Part shown: one piece after another, positions 1 to 8,553 of the stretch
Numbering within the stretch: the first letter of the stretch is position 1
Layout: every line of letters starts with the position of its first letter
IMG/VR virus record: IMGVR_UViG_3300042454_000021
Span: 48,926 to 112,925 of that record
Strand: one strand, 5' to 3'
Origin: a virus
DNA: 64,000 nt
Notes under the pieces: generated by a model
The model's database searches: none
The model's input: only the letters and a program-made list of their open reading frames with translations
Told to the model about the DNA's origin: nothing
Made by a program: the position numbers and the translations under genes

Positions 1-1
1 A

Positions 2-568
2 CCAGATGGTGTGATTGCACAGATCCCTGATACAGCTGCACGTTTTGGTATTACAAACAACTTACGTCTTGCGCACTTCTTATCACAATGTGGTCATGAG
101 AGTGGAGGCTTTAAAGCTGTACGTGAGAACTTAAACTATTCAGTTAAAGGATTAGTAGGTATCTTTAAGAAATACTTTAGTCCTACATTAGCTGTAGCAT
201 ATGAAAGACAACCTGATAAGATAGCTAACAGAGTTTATGCTGGTCGTATGGGTAATGGTGATGAGAATTCAGGTGATGGATATAAGTTTAGAGGCAGAGG
301 ATATATACAATTAACAGGTAAAGAGAACTACACAAGGTTCGACGCCACAGTTCCTGAGAACATAATTGCAGATCCAGATTTAGTTGCTACTAAATACCCA
401 CTGGCATCAGCAGCTTTTTTCTTTAATAGTAATAAGTTGTGGTCTATATGTGATAGAGGTGCTACGCCTGAAGTAGTAACAGCAGTGACTAAGAGAGTTA
501 ATGGAGGAACTATTGGTCTTGCAGATAGAAATAAACATTTCAATGAATATTATAACCTCCTAAAATAA
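2..568 (+). CDS. Endolysin, glycoside hydrolase family 19 (probably 5'-truncated at the window edge)
   Basis: AHFLSQCGHESGG, FRGRGYIQLTGKENY and VTKRVNGG..GL.DR motifs; the frame is open from the window start. Confidence 0.92.
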   Translation, partial: PDGVIAQIPDTAARFGITNNLRLAHFLSQCGHESGGFKAVRENLNYSVKGLVGIFKKYFSPTLAVAYERQPDKIANRVYAGRMGNGDENSGDGYKFRGRGYIQLTGKENYTRFDATVPENIIADPDLVATKYPLASAAFFFNSNKLWSICDRGATPEVVTAVTKRVNGGTIGLADRNKHFNEYYNLLK

Positions 569-699
569 TGGCTAAACCATCAAAAAACGCTGAGAACAGA
601 AAGATTGTCTTTGGTGTAAGACGTAAAGGCAAACATCAAAAGAACTTTGGACCTAAAGCTTCTCCTAGAAAAAAGAAGTATAGAGGACAAGGTAGATAA
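568..699 (+). CDS. Small basic protein, 43 aa (MAKPSKNAENRK...KKYRGQGR)
   Basis: Translated manually; TAATG overlap with the endolysin stop codon. Confidence 0.6.
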   Translation: MAKPSKNAENRKIVFGVRRKGKHQKNFGPKASPRKKKYRGQGR

Positions 700-710
700 A
701 TAACCAACCA

Positions 711-809
711 ATGAAAACATTTAAACTAACTTTGTGGATTGTATCTACAATCGTTGCAGTATCATTAATGATTCAACTATTGTACATATACAAACATTTT
801 ATAATGTAA
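711..809 (+). CDS. Small membrane peptide, 32 aa
   Basis: Translated manually: MKTFKLTLWIVSTIVAVSLMIQLL...; one hydrophobic helix. Confidence 0.45.
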   Translation: MKTFKLTLWIVSTIVAVSLMIQLLYIYKHFIM

Positions 810-810
810 A

Positions 811-1212
811 ATGATGCATACACAAGAAGAAAAAACAGCAGAGCTAGAAAAAATAATTGCAGTAGATAGAGGCAAGTCTGACTTAGTTGAGAAGCTAGTG
901 TATATATTGTTTCCTATTTGTGTTTCTGCAATTGGATGGTTGTTAACGCAGGTTAGTGAGCTTGATTCAAAGGTGAGCGTGTTAGAAAATAAAATGGCTG
1001 TTGTTGTCAACGCTGAGAACAAAGCTATACCTCCACAAGGAACAACTATTGAACTAGAAGAACTAAGAGCTGCTGCTATGCAAGCAAGATCTGATTTAAA
1101 GTTTGAGATAAGTGATAAGATAAATAACATTAAAGAAGGTGCTATGACTGAAAGAGCTGATATAAAAGCAAGACTATCAGTTATAGAAGATAGATTAAAT
1201 CGTAGAAGATAA
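811..1212 (+). CDS. Membrane-anchored coiled-coil protein of the lysis cassette
   Basis: One TM segment plus coiled coil, downstream of the endolysin. Confidence 0.5.
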   Translation: MMHTQEEKTAELEKIIAVDRGKSDLVEKLVYILFPICVSAIGWLLTQVSELDSKVSVLENKMAVVVNAENKAIPPQGTTIELEELRAAAMQARSDLKFEISDKINNIKEGAMTERADIKARLSVIEDRLNRRR

Positions 1213-1215
1213 AAA

Positions 1216-1500
1216 ATGACAGCTAGAAAAATATCCACAAACCCTTTACCTATTTCGTTTAAAGATTTTTCTAAAAATCCTATAGTGGGTACGTTATTTG
1301 TTGTTCTTATAGGAATATCTTATTTGTATATTGATGTACGTAATACATTCACTGATCAAATCTCTCGTCAGAATGAGAAGATAGATAAGATGGAGGTTAA
1401 AGTGGATGCTTGTACAAATCAATTAAGAAAGTCTGATAGTTTACTTTCAGCAAGTGCTAGTAAAATAATGGTGTTACAACAACTAGGGAAGATAAAATGA
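1216..1500 (+). CDS. Membrane protein, holin or i-spanin candidate
   Basis: One TM segment plus coiled coil, in the lysis region. Confidence 0.45.
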   Translation: MTARKISTNPLPISFKDFSKNPIVGTLFVVLIGISYLYIDVRNTFTDQISRQNEKIDKMEVKVDACTNQLRKSDSLLSASASKIMVLQQLGKIK

Positions 1501-1853
1501 GACTCTTAATTATTTTTTCAATTTTCTTGTATGGTTGTTCTACAACTATTGCAGAAACAAATACATCAATAAATGATAAACCTAGAAATATACAAAAAGA
1601 AGATTTTGAAGCTATTATGGCCCAATCTCAGAAGACTGGAATCCAAGCTGATGCTGCTTCTAGAAAAGCTGATCAAGCAGTAGAGAAGAAAGTGGATGTT
1701 ACGATCAATAAGATAGAAACATTAAAGGAAGAAATTAAAGACTTAGTTAAAGAAAATGAAACCTTACAAAAAACTATTAATGTTAGTGGTGAGCCTTTTG
1801 TTATTTTCTCAATCAGCGATAGCACAATATCCAACAAAGAAAATAATAGGTAA
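1497..1853 (+). CDS. Lipoprotein, o-spanin candidate
   Basis: Lipobox FLYG-C at residue 14; coiled coil; overlaps both neighbours. Confidence 0.55.
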   Translation: MRLLIIFSIFLYGCSTTIAETNTSINDKPRNIQKEDFEAIMAQSQKTGIQADAASRKADQAVEKKVDVTINKIETLKEEIKDLVKENETLQKTINVSGEPFVIFSISDSTISNKENNR

Positions 1854-2181
1854 TGATACAGTGGTTATCATTACAGAGAAGCAAGCTAACGATATAAATA
1901 ATATTTTTAAAAATATAAAGGGCGATAGGATTAAGTTTGATAGCTTAGTGGTTTCATTTGATAAAGCAAAAAAACTAAATAAAGAACTAGACGCTAAGCA
2001 AGCTAACTATTATTCATTACTTGCTGAATCCAATAACAGGACTTCTGTTGTAGAAGAAAAAAATAAAAATTTAACACTAATAAATACATCATTAGGTAAA
2101 GCTAAGTTGTCAATTGATTTGTCAACACTTTCACTTATGTTTGCACTTGTTAGTATTTTAGCGATATCATTTAAACCATAA
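1756..2181 (+). CDS. Exported coiled-coil protein with a C-terminal TM segment (spanin-like)
   Basis: Signal peptide (AIA-Q) and a hydrophobic C-terminus. Confidence 0.5.
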   Translation: MKPYKKLLMLVVSLLLFSQSAIAQYPTKKIIGNDTVVIITEKQANDINNIFKNIKGDRIKFDSLVVSFDKAKKLNKELDAKQANYYSLLAESNNRTSVVEEKNKNLTLINTSLGKAKLSIDLSTLSLMFALVSILAISFKP

Positions 2182-2185
2182 ATAT

Positions 2186-2524
2186 ATGTTAGAGAAAATA
2201 GCCATCTATGCAGGAATAGCAATAATGTTATCTGTATACCCAGCAATTAAGATTAGAAAAGCCAACGCACTATCTAGATACCAAAATAGAGTTAGTGTAT
2301 TAGAACACAAGATTGATGAAATCAAAATCATAGAGCAAGATCCTGCTACAAGGTTTGTAAAGATTGGTAAGATAGAAGCCAAGATTGTAAAGGTGAGAGA
2401 GAAAGCTGATGAAACTATGAAGGTTTTAAAGCTACGTGCTAAGTGGGACTATCAGAAAGACCTAATAAAACTTAAGCGTAAACAGGTTTATCTTGATTCT
2501 ACAATTGTATTACCTGCTAAATAA
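2186..2524 (+). CDS. Membrane-anchored coiled-coil protein
   Basis: N-terminal TM segment. Confidence 0.5.
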   Translation: MLEKIAIYAGIAIMLSVYPAIKIRKANALSRYQNRVSVLEHKIDEIKIIEQDPATRFVKIGKIEAKIVKVREKADETMKVLKLRAKWDYQKDLIKLKRKQVYLDSTIVLPAK

Positions 2525-2601
2525 TCAATTTGATTAGAGTTGCTAATACAAATCATTAAAGTAAATTTTAATACTAATAATATATATTGTTTAAACTAAT
2601 A

Positions 2602-2609
2602 TATATTTG
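2602..2609 (+). promoter_or_regulatory. Bacteroidota-type -7 promoter box TAnnTTTG
   Basis: TATATTTG in the AT-rich gap just upstream of the 2636 ATG. Confidence 0.55.
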
Positions 2610-2635
2610 TAACATTCTATAAAAATATTCATACA

Positions 2636-3847
2636 ATGGCTATACCATCTAGACAAATAGGTTGGGGAACAGAGGAAAATCTGTTATGGCAAATCTCTAA
2701 GCAATTAGAGTATTTGTCAGGCATTACATACAATAGTGGTGGAGGATCAGGTTCAGGAACAAGTGGTTCCTCAGGAACTAGTGGTGGATCAGGTACTTCA
2801 GGATCAGCAGGTACTGCTGGATTAAGTGGATCTTCAGGAAGCTCAGGCGTAGCAGGTACATCTGGTTTATCTGGTGATAGATATAAAACAGAATCTGTTA
2901 CAGAGTTTACATTAGGAACTGGTGGAACTATAACTGTAGGTACAGGTTTATCATACACTACAGCCCAAGACATCATTATATCATATGATTCTACTCATCA
3001 TCAAGTATCGATGGTTACATCATATGATTCTGGTACAGGTATATTAGTATTTGGTGCACCTTCAGAAACTACAGGAACAGGAGCATACAGTGACTGGACA
3101 GTTAACCTTAATGGTGCTGCAGGTGGTAATGGAACTAATGGAACGTCTGGATCTGCTGGAACAAGTGGACTATCAGGAACATCAGGTGTTGCTGGTACGT
3201 CAGGCTCTGCTGGTACTTCAGGTGCTACAGGAACTAATGGGTCCTCAGGAACTTCTGCATCTAGTGGCACAGCTGGTACAGCTGGTGTAGCTGGAACTGC
3301 AGGTACGTCTGGCACAAGTAGTGGTCCTACTACATCTTATGGTTTATTTGCTCAAACAGCTGATAGTACACCTGTAACTGCTACTACTGTAGAAACAACA
3401 ATAGTAGGACCAGGAGTGGGTGGATTATCTGTTCCTGCAAATGGATTCTCTATTGGAGATTCTTTTACTTGTTTATTAGATGGTCAGATGTCTTGTACAA
3501 GTTCATCAACAGTACATATTCGTGTTAAAACATTATCAGGAGCACTTCTTGCTGATACTGGTATAATTGACTTGGCTGCTGCAACTAATAAAGCTTGGAT
3601 AATGAATTTGTATTTTACAATTAGAACATTAGGAGGAGCTGGTACTGCATCACTTTCATCTGGAGGATTGTTTTCTTACATTAGAAATGGAGGAACTCAG
3701 TTTGAAGGATATAATTTAAGTACAGTTAATACCACTACGTTTGACACTACAATAAGTAACACATTGGTAATCACTGCACAATGGGATAGTAATAGTGTAG
3801 ATAATTCAATAATTTCTCGAAACTTTACATTAACTAAAGTTTACTAA
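2636..3847 (+). CDS. Gly-Thr-Ser triplet-repeat (collagen-like) fibre or decoration protein
   Basis: G-X-Y repeats rich in S/T; N-terminus shared with 3849; central module shared with the 56540 fibre. Confidence 0.7.
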   Translation: MAIPSRQIGWGTEENLLWQISKQLEYLSGITYNSGGGSGSGTSGSSGTSGGSGTSGSAGTAGLSGSSGSSGVAGTSGLSGDRYKTESVTEFTLGTGGTITVGTGLSYTTAQDIIISYDSTHHQVSMVTSYDSGTGILVFGAPSETTGTGAYSDWTVNLNGAAGGNGTNGTSGSAGTSGLSGTSGVAGTSGSAGTSGATGTNGSSGTSASSGTAGTAGVAGTAGTSGTSSGPTTSYGLFAQTADSTPVTATTVETTIVGPGVGGLSVPANGFSIGDSFTCLLDGQMSCTSSSTVHIRVKTLSGALLADTGIIDLAAATNKAWIMNLYFTIRTLGGAGTASLSSGGLFSYIRNGGTQFEGYNLSTVNTTTFDTTISNTLVITAQWDSNSVDNSIISRNFTLTKVY

Positions 3848-3848
3848 C

Positions 3849-4262
3849 ATGGCAATTCCATCAAGACAGATAGGCTGGAGTACAAAGAGTAATTTGCTTT
3901 GGCAGATTTCTAAGCAATTAGAAGCTTTATCAGGCATTATGTATGCTAGAGGTAATCCATCAGTTACTTACTATAATGTAGCTGGTTGTGAAAGAATGGA
4001 ATACCATGTAATTAAATACACTGGTGCTGGCACATTAGCAGAAGGTACCATTGTTAATAATGCTACTCCTGAATGTTGGACTATAATAGATGCAGCAACA
4101 GGTCCTGAAGATGTAGGAACTATTGCCTATGTGTGGAACACTCCTAGTGATTGTCAACCTTGTATAGATTCTCATACAACTACTACTACATCTACTAGCA
4201 CATCGACTACAACATCCACCAGTACGTCGACAACAACAACTACGACTACTGCTGCACCTTAA
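3849..4262 (+). CDS. Putative virion protein with a MAIPSRQIGW N-terminus, a Cys domain and a Thr/Ser tail
   Basis: First ~32 aa closely match 2636; C-terminal run TTTTTSTSTSTTTSTSTSTTTTTTT. Confidence 0.7.
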   Translation: MAIPSRQIGWSTKSNLLWQISKQLEALSGIMYARGNPSVTYYNVAGCERMEYHVIKYTGAGTLAEGTIVNNATPECWTIIDAATGPEDVGTIAYVWNTPSDCQPCIDSHTTTTTSTSTSTTTSTSTSTTTTTTTAAP

Positions 4263-4286
4263 GAATTAAATTAAACCAACAACTAC

Positions 4287-5303
4287 ATGAAGGAATTAAA
4301 ATTTATCTGTGCCCAACCAGATGACACCTACTACACTTGGCAGGTACATCTATGGTTAGAAAGCTTAAGAAACATTGGACATTCAGATAAGGCTATTGTC
4401 CTCATCTTTATCCCATCGTTTAGAGATAAGAATGAGAAATGGCAACAGGTCGTAGACCTCTATCCAGAAGCAGAGTTTGCTTTCTATAAGGATCAAGATG
4501 GCGTAAGTGAAAAGTTAGGAATCTATATTCCTGTATTACGACCTTACTCATTGATGCGCTACTGGCAGGATCATCCAGACATGAAAGACAAAGCAGTGTT
4601 CTACTGCGACTCTGATGTCTTGTTTACAGATAAATTTAATGTTGATGCATATATTGATGACGATATAAACTATTTATCAGACACCAATAGCTACATTAAC
4701 GCTTCATACTTCGATAGTAAGATACACCAAGTGCTTCCTGAAAGGTTGCATGGATATAAAAAAATAGATGTTCTAGCTCAGGCTACAGAGATGTGTGGTA
4801 TCACACGTAAAATAGCAGAGGAGAACAACGACCACTCAGGAGGCGCTCAATATTTGTTAAAGAATATTGATGTTATGTTCTGGGAGAAGGTACTAAGAGA
4901 TTGCATTACAATACGTAGTTATTTATTAAACATAAACAGACTATATTTCAAGGATGAATCTGCAGGCTTTCAAAGTTGGTGTGCTGACATGTGGGCTGTC
5001 CTCTGGGCTATTTGGTTTAGAGGTGGGGTCACTAAGAATTTACCTGAAATGGAATTCTCTTGGTCGTCAGATCCTATTGACAAGGTCCACAGGTTAGGTA
5101 TATTACATAACGCTGGTATTGTCAATAAAGATATGGGTGACTACCCAGCATTTTACAAAGGTGAGTATCATATGGGTAAAGATCCATTTCAAGATCCTCA
5201 TTTAGAATTAGTATTCAATGATCCAAGAGCTCAACAAAAAGGTACACACTACTACGTTGAGCAAATGATGAAGTTAAAATATAAGTATAAATTAAATTAT
5301 TAA
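4287..5303 (+). CDS. GT-A glycosyltransferase resembling plant peptidyl-serine galactosyltransferase / hydroxyproline arabinosyltransferase (GT96/GT95-like)
   Basis: D..YYTWQ, YIPVLRP, DSD (DxD), GG, WCADMWA and ILHN motifs in the same order as recalled for SGT1/HPAT. Confidence 0.72.
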   Translation: MKELKFICAQPDDTYYTWQVHLWLESLRNIGHSDKAIVLIFIPSFRDKNEKWQQVVDLYPEAEFAFYKDQDGVSEKLGIYIPVLRPYSLMRYWQDHPDMKDKAVFYCDSDVLFTDKFNVDAYIDDDINYLSDTNSYINASYFDSKIHQVLPERLHGYKKIDVLAQATEMCGITRKIAEENNDHSGGAQYLLKNIDVMFWEKVLRDCITIRSYLLNINRLYFKDESAGFQSWCADMWAVLWAIWFRGGVTKNLPEMEFSWSSDPIDKVHRLGILHNAGIVNKDMGDYPAFYKGEYHMGKDPFQDPHLELVFNDPRAQQKGTHYYVEQMMKLKYKYKLNY

Positions 5304-5307
5304 TAAC

Positions 5308-5580
5308 ATGGCAATTCAGAGAGATTTAAAAGCATTTGTTCGCTACGATGGTAGTGGAAGGGTTGTTGCAGGCAGCCTTATTCTGAGAAAGAACAAGCCA
5401 AAAGTGGGAAGATGGCAAGAGATTCCAGCATATGAGTGCTGTAATTACATTCCTACAACTACGACTACTACTACAGCTAGTCCAACAACAACGACTACTT
5501 CTACTAGCACGTCTACTTCTACGACTACGTCAACTAGTACATCTACGTCTACAACTACTACAACGACAACTATTGTATAA
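5308..5580 (+). CDS. Small domain with a mucin-like Thr/Ser tail
   Basis: ~48 aa domain ending ECCN, then ~40 residues almost all T/S; paralog of 5583. Confidence 0.8.
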   Translation: MAIQRDLKAFVRYDGSGRVVAGSLILRKNKPKVGRWQEIPAYECCNYIPTTTTTTTASPTTTTTSTSTSTSTTTSTSTSTSTTTTTTTIV

Positions 5581-5582
5581 TC

Positions 5583-5885
5583 ATGGCAAATAGCAATAAT
5601 CAATTAAAAGCATACGTTCGTTTCGATGGAACAGGACGTATAGTACCAAGCAGCTTAATCTTACAAAGATTCAAGCCTAAGGATGGTAACTGGCAAGAGA
5701 TAGATGCAAAAGAATGTTGTAATTTTGTTCCAACAACTACAACAACTACCACTGCAACTCCTACTACTACAACTACGTCGTCTTCAACAAGTACGTCAAC
5801 ATCTACTAGTACTTCAACTAGTACAAGTACTTCAACGTCAACGTCTACTAGTACAACTACAACCACTACAACAGCAGCACCATAA
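5583..5885 (+). CDS. Small domain with a mucin-like Thr/Ser tail
   Basis: KA.VR.DG.GR.V..SLIL...KPK.G.WQEI.A.ECCN shared with 5308; T/S tail of about 47 residues. Confidence 0.8.
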   Translation: MANSNNQLKAYVRFDGTGRIVPSSLILQRFKPKDGNWQEIDAKECCNFVPTTTTTTTATPTTTTTSSSTSTSTSTSTSTSTSTSTSTSTSTTTTTTTAAP

Positions 5886-6298
5886 TGGCTAAATCATTAT
5901 TTCCACAAGAAATGTTAAGTAAAGCAAGTGATAGCGAGCTCTCGTTAGAGAGCATCGCTGCTAAGCTTACTTATTTTCATGAGCAATTACATTTGACTCA
6001 TTGGCAAACAAAAAGTTATGCAGAACATCAAGCCACAGGGGCATTGTACGATTATGTACATGATTTCAAAGATGGATTGATTGAGAAGCTTATGGGCTAT
6101 ACAGGTAAAAGACCTGGAGTTTATAAAATAGAACCTCTTACAGATTGTACAGCTGAAAAATGTGTAGCAGATATAATGTCATTTGCATCATCATTAAAGA
6201 TGTATGGAGAAAAGAATGCTTATCATGATGTATGTAACTTAGCTGATGCATTGTCTGGAGAGGCAGCAAAAACTAAATATCTATTAACCTTGTCTTAA
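5885..6298 (+). CDS. Ferritin/Dps-like four-helix protein (DUF5856-like)
   Basis: HWQT.SYAEH.A...LYD.....D.LIE..MG and C-terminal KYLLTL pattern. Confidence 0.75.
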   Translation: MAKSLFPQEMLSKASDSELSLESIAAKLTYFHEQLHLTHWQTKSYAEHQATGALYDYVHDFKDGLIEKLMGYTGKRPGVYKIEPLTDCTAEKCVADIMSFASSLKMYGEKNAYHDVCNLADALSGEAAKTKYLLTLS

Positions 6299-6582
6299 TG
6301 CAAGTAGAGAAGAGATTCTTTCCCAAAATAATGGCTGACAATGATGCAATATATTTCTCGCATCTAGAAGGCATTATAGATTCAGTTGATGAATTATCTA
6401 GTATGGAAGTTGTAAAACATCCTAAGCACTATTCATTCAGGATTGCACCTTCTCTTCCTATGTATACAAACATGTTAATAGAGGAACTATTTAAGTTCCA
6501 CAACAGATTCCAGATCAAACTAAATATGAGTAAAAGCATTAAAACAAATGCAGTTATTTCTTTTGAAATTGATTTGGGATGA
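6298..6582 (+). CDS. Hypothetical protein
   Basis: ORF translationally coupled to the upstream gene. Confidence 0.6.
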   Translation: MQVEKRFFPKIMADNDAIYFSHLEGIIDSVDELSSMEVVKHPKHYSFRIAPSLPMYTNMLIEELFKFHNRFQIKLNMSKSIKTNAVISFEIDLG

Positions 6583-6583
6583 T

Positions 6584-6591
6584 TATATTTG
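6584..6591 (+). promoter_or_regulatory. Bacteroidota-type -7 box with an upstream TTTG
   Basis: TATATTTG; TTTG at 6562-6565. Confidence 0.5.
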
Positions 6592-6613
6592 TTCAAACTA
6601 AACCAAAAATAAA

Positions 6614-6874
6614 ATGCAAATAGTAAAAGACGATGAGACAGGCGCTTCAGAAGTTCCTGCATACGATCCTTCAAAGAAATACACTTGGCATCAAGATGCT
6701 CAATTCATTCTTTCAGGTAACGAATTTGGAATGCTTTTAAACTCATTACGTGGAATTGTTTCTACGCCAGAGGCTAGAGTTATATTACGTGCTGCTGATG
6801 CAGCTGACGCTATTGAAAGTATAATGGCTAGGGCTGTTGAATCAGGATTAGTTATTGAATATCAAGAACAATAA
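6614..6874 (+). CDS. Hypothetical protein
   Basis: ORF with an A-rich leader. Confidence 0.6.
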   Translation: MQIVKDDETGASEVPAYDPSKKYTWHQDAQFILSGNEFGMLLNSLRGIVSTPEARVILRAADAADAIESIMARAVESGLVIEYQEQ

Positions 6875-7300
6875 ATGAACATTAAAGAATTCGATATGGG
6901 CAAGTACATCTTACTGATTGGTAAGGATGCTACTGACATATTCAATTACTATAAAGTTAAAGAAATGCATGGGCTAAATCTTAAAGATGCCCAAGCAGAA
7001 GAGGTTGATAAGACAAAAGGTAATGGTGTATACATCTATGGATTGACAAACTACGATCCTGCAGATAAAAAGCTAGTAGCTAAAGCTCCTTATAAACCTT
7101 TTCTTTTTTTAAACATGGGCACTTTTAAAAGATATAGTGCTGATGAACAGAAAACAGCTATAATGCATGAAACAATGCACATGGCTCTTCTCCTATACAA
7201 ATGGGATGCTGAGAAAAAATCAGAAGAAATAGTAACAATGGCTGAAGATGAGGCTAATAAAATCATCAAAAAACTCAAAGGTATTAAAGTTATAAAATAA
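6875..7300 (+). CDS. Putative zincin metalloprotease
   Basis: HETMH (HEXXH) followed by EE. Confidence 0.6.
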   Translation: MNIKEFDMGKYILLIGKDATDIFNYYKVKEMHGLNLKDAQAEEVDKTKGNGVYIYGLTNYDPADKKLVAKAPYKPFLFLNMGTFKRYSADEQKTAIMHETMHMALLLYKWDAEKKSEEIVTMAEDEANKIIKKLKGIKVIK

Positions 7301-7497
7301 TGGCAAAGGCAAACAAATCATTAGGTAGTCTTTCAGGACTAAAGGCTTCTAACAAACGTGTAGGACCTGTAGATCCTAAAGGTGCTTGGACAAAGGTTCA
7401 AGAGAAAACTTTAGCAGGAGCTAAAAGTGGTAAACCTTCATTGAAAAAAGATAAAGAACTTGGTGCTACCAAGATGGGTGCTAAAAAGAAGAAGTAA
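7300..7497 (+). CDS. Lys-rich small protein
   Basis: Coupled ORF, highly basic. Confidence 0.65.
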   Translation: MAKANKSLGSLSGLKASNKRVGPVDPKGAWTKVQEKTLAGAKSGKPSLKKDKELGATKMGAKKKK

Positions 7498-7733
7498 TGA
7501 TCTTTGAACCTGTTAACAGAATAGATGTATCTACACCTAAAGGTGATGGAGTCATCTGGCTTGTTACAGAATATGGTCATGAAACTGATACAATGTATAC
7601 AGTTATTATTAACGCCACAGGGGAGCTCTGGCAATTTATTCATAGAGATATTAGGGTAAAACCTAATGTAACATTTAGAAGATATGGCAAAGGCGAAAGA
7701 CAAGAATTGGATTCAGAAGGCAGTAAATCCTAA
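7497..7733 (+). CDS. Hypothetical protein
   Basis: Coupled ORF. Confidence 0.6.
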   Translation: MIFEPVNRIDVSTPKGDGVIWLVTEYGHETDTMYTVIINATGELWQFIHRDIRVKPNVTFRRYGKGERQELDSEGSKS

Positions 7734-7839
7734 ACATAAAGGTTTCTGCACCCCTATGACAAAAGCTACATGCACTCCCAAGCGCAAAGCATTAGCTATG
7801 ACATTTAAGAAAATGGCTGCAAAGCGTAAGGGTAAATAA
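7684..7839 (+). CDS. Lys-rich small protein, 51 aa (MAKAKDKNWIQKAV...)
   Basis: Translated manually; below the ORF-track length cutoff. Confidence 0.65.
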   Translation: MAKAKDKNWIQKAVNPKHKGFCTPMTKATCTPKRKALAMTFKKMAAKRKGK

Positions 7840-7841
7840 CT

Positions 7842-8165
7842 ATGGCTAAGTCATCACTAAAATCTATGGTGAAGTCTGGTCTTAGAGCTGGATTACGTAA
7901 CACACAACCTCAGAATGTCACTAGAGGTAATGGTGTTAAGAATCCACAGAAGGCTACAGCTTATGTAGGTAAGGGTGTCCTTAGAAATGGTGATAGTATA
8001 CCAGCAATCAAAGGAGCCATAACACCTGTACCTAATGGTCATCTTATAAAGAAAGATGGCACATCATTAAAGAATGGTGGTAAGATAAAGTGCTGGACTG
8101 GCTATGTGAAGAAAGGTACCAAGAAGAAAGGTGGTAGAACAGTTAATAACTGCGTTAAGAAATAA
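7842..8165 (+). CDS. Basic protein with a CWxGY...NCV module
   Basis: C-terminal KCWTGYVKKGTKKKGGRTVNNCVKK. Confidence 0.65.
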   Translation: MAKSSLKSMVKSGLRAGLRNTQPQNVTRGNGVKNPQKATAYVGKGVLRNGDSIPAIKGAITPVPNGHLIKKDGTSLKNGGKIKCWTGYVKKGTKKKGGRTVNNCVKK

Positions 8166-8293
8166 TGAGAAAGACTACTAAACTAGATGCTTTCAGCAAG
8201 GTTAAGAAAGCCATGAAGCCTAAAAAAGAAAAGATGTGGATGGATAAGGTTAAGAAAAATTTATCTAAAGTTCAATCTATTAAGAAAAGATAA
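8165..8293 (+). CDS. Lys-rich peptide, 42 aa
   Basis: Translated manually: MRKTTKLDAF...; coupled to neighbours at both ends. Confidence 0.6.
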   Translation: MRKTTKLDAFSKVKKAMKPKKEKMWMDKVKKNLSKVQSIKKR

Positions 8294-8553
8294 TGGCAAA
8301 TAAAGCTATTGTTAAAGCTGGTGGTCAAACTCATAAAGTTTTCAAAAAGAAAACTGATAAGGGTATAGGTGATAAGGGAGACATCGTTGTAGATCATACA
8401 GCTGGAATACCAGCAGGTAAATGGGATAAGATTAATCTCACTGCTAAATCTAGAGCTAAAACTGTTAAACAAGGTGTTGCTTCAGTTAAGAAGTGGCACA
8501 AAGACAATCCTGACTATGGCAAAAAGCGAAGCATGGCAAAGAAAGGAAGGTAA
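8293..8553 (+). CDS. Lys-rich small protein
   Basis: Coupled ORF. Confidence 0.65.
   Translation: MANKAIVKAGGQTHKVFKKKTDKGIGDKGDIVVDHTAGIPAGKWDKINLTAKSRAKTVKQGVASVKKWHKDNPDYGKKRSMAKKGR

Noticed and set aside
2629-3315. Antisense ORFs with PEVP/PDVP repeats (also 5600-5866 and 56689-57988)
   Set aside because: Shadows of the GTS and poly-Thr codon repeats on the opposite strand
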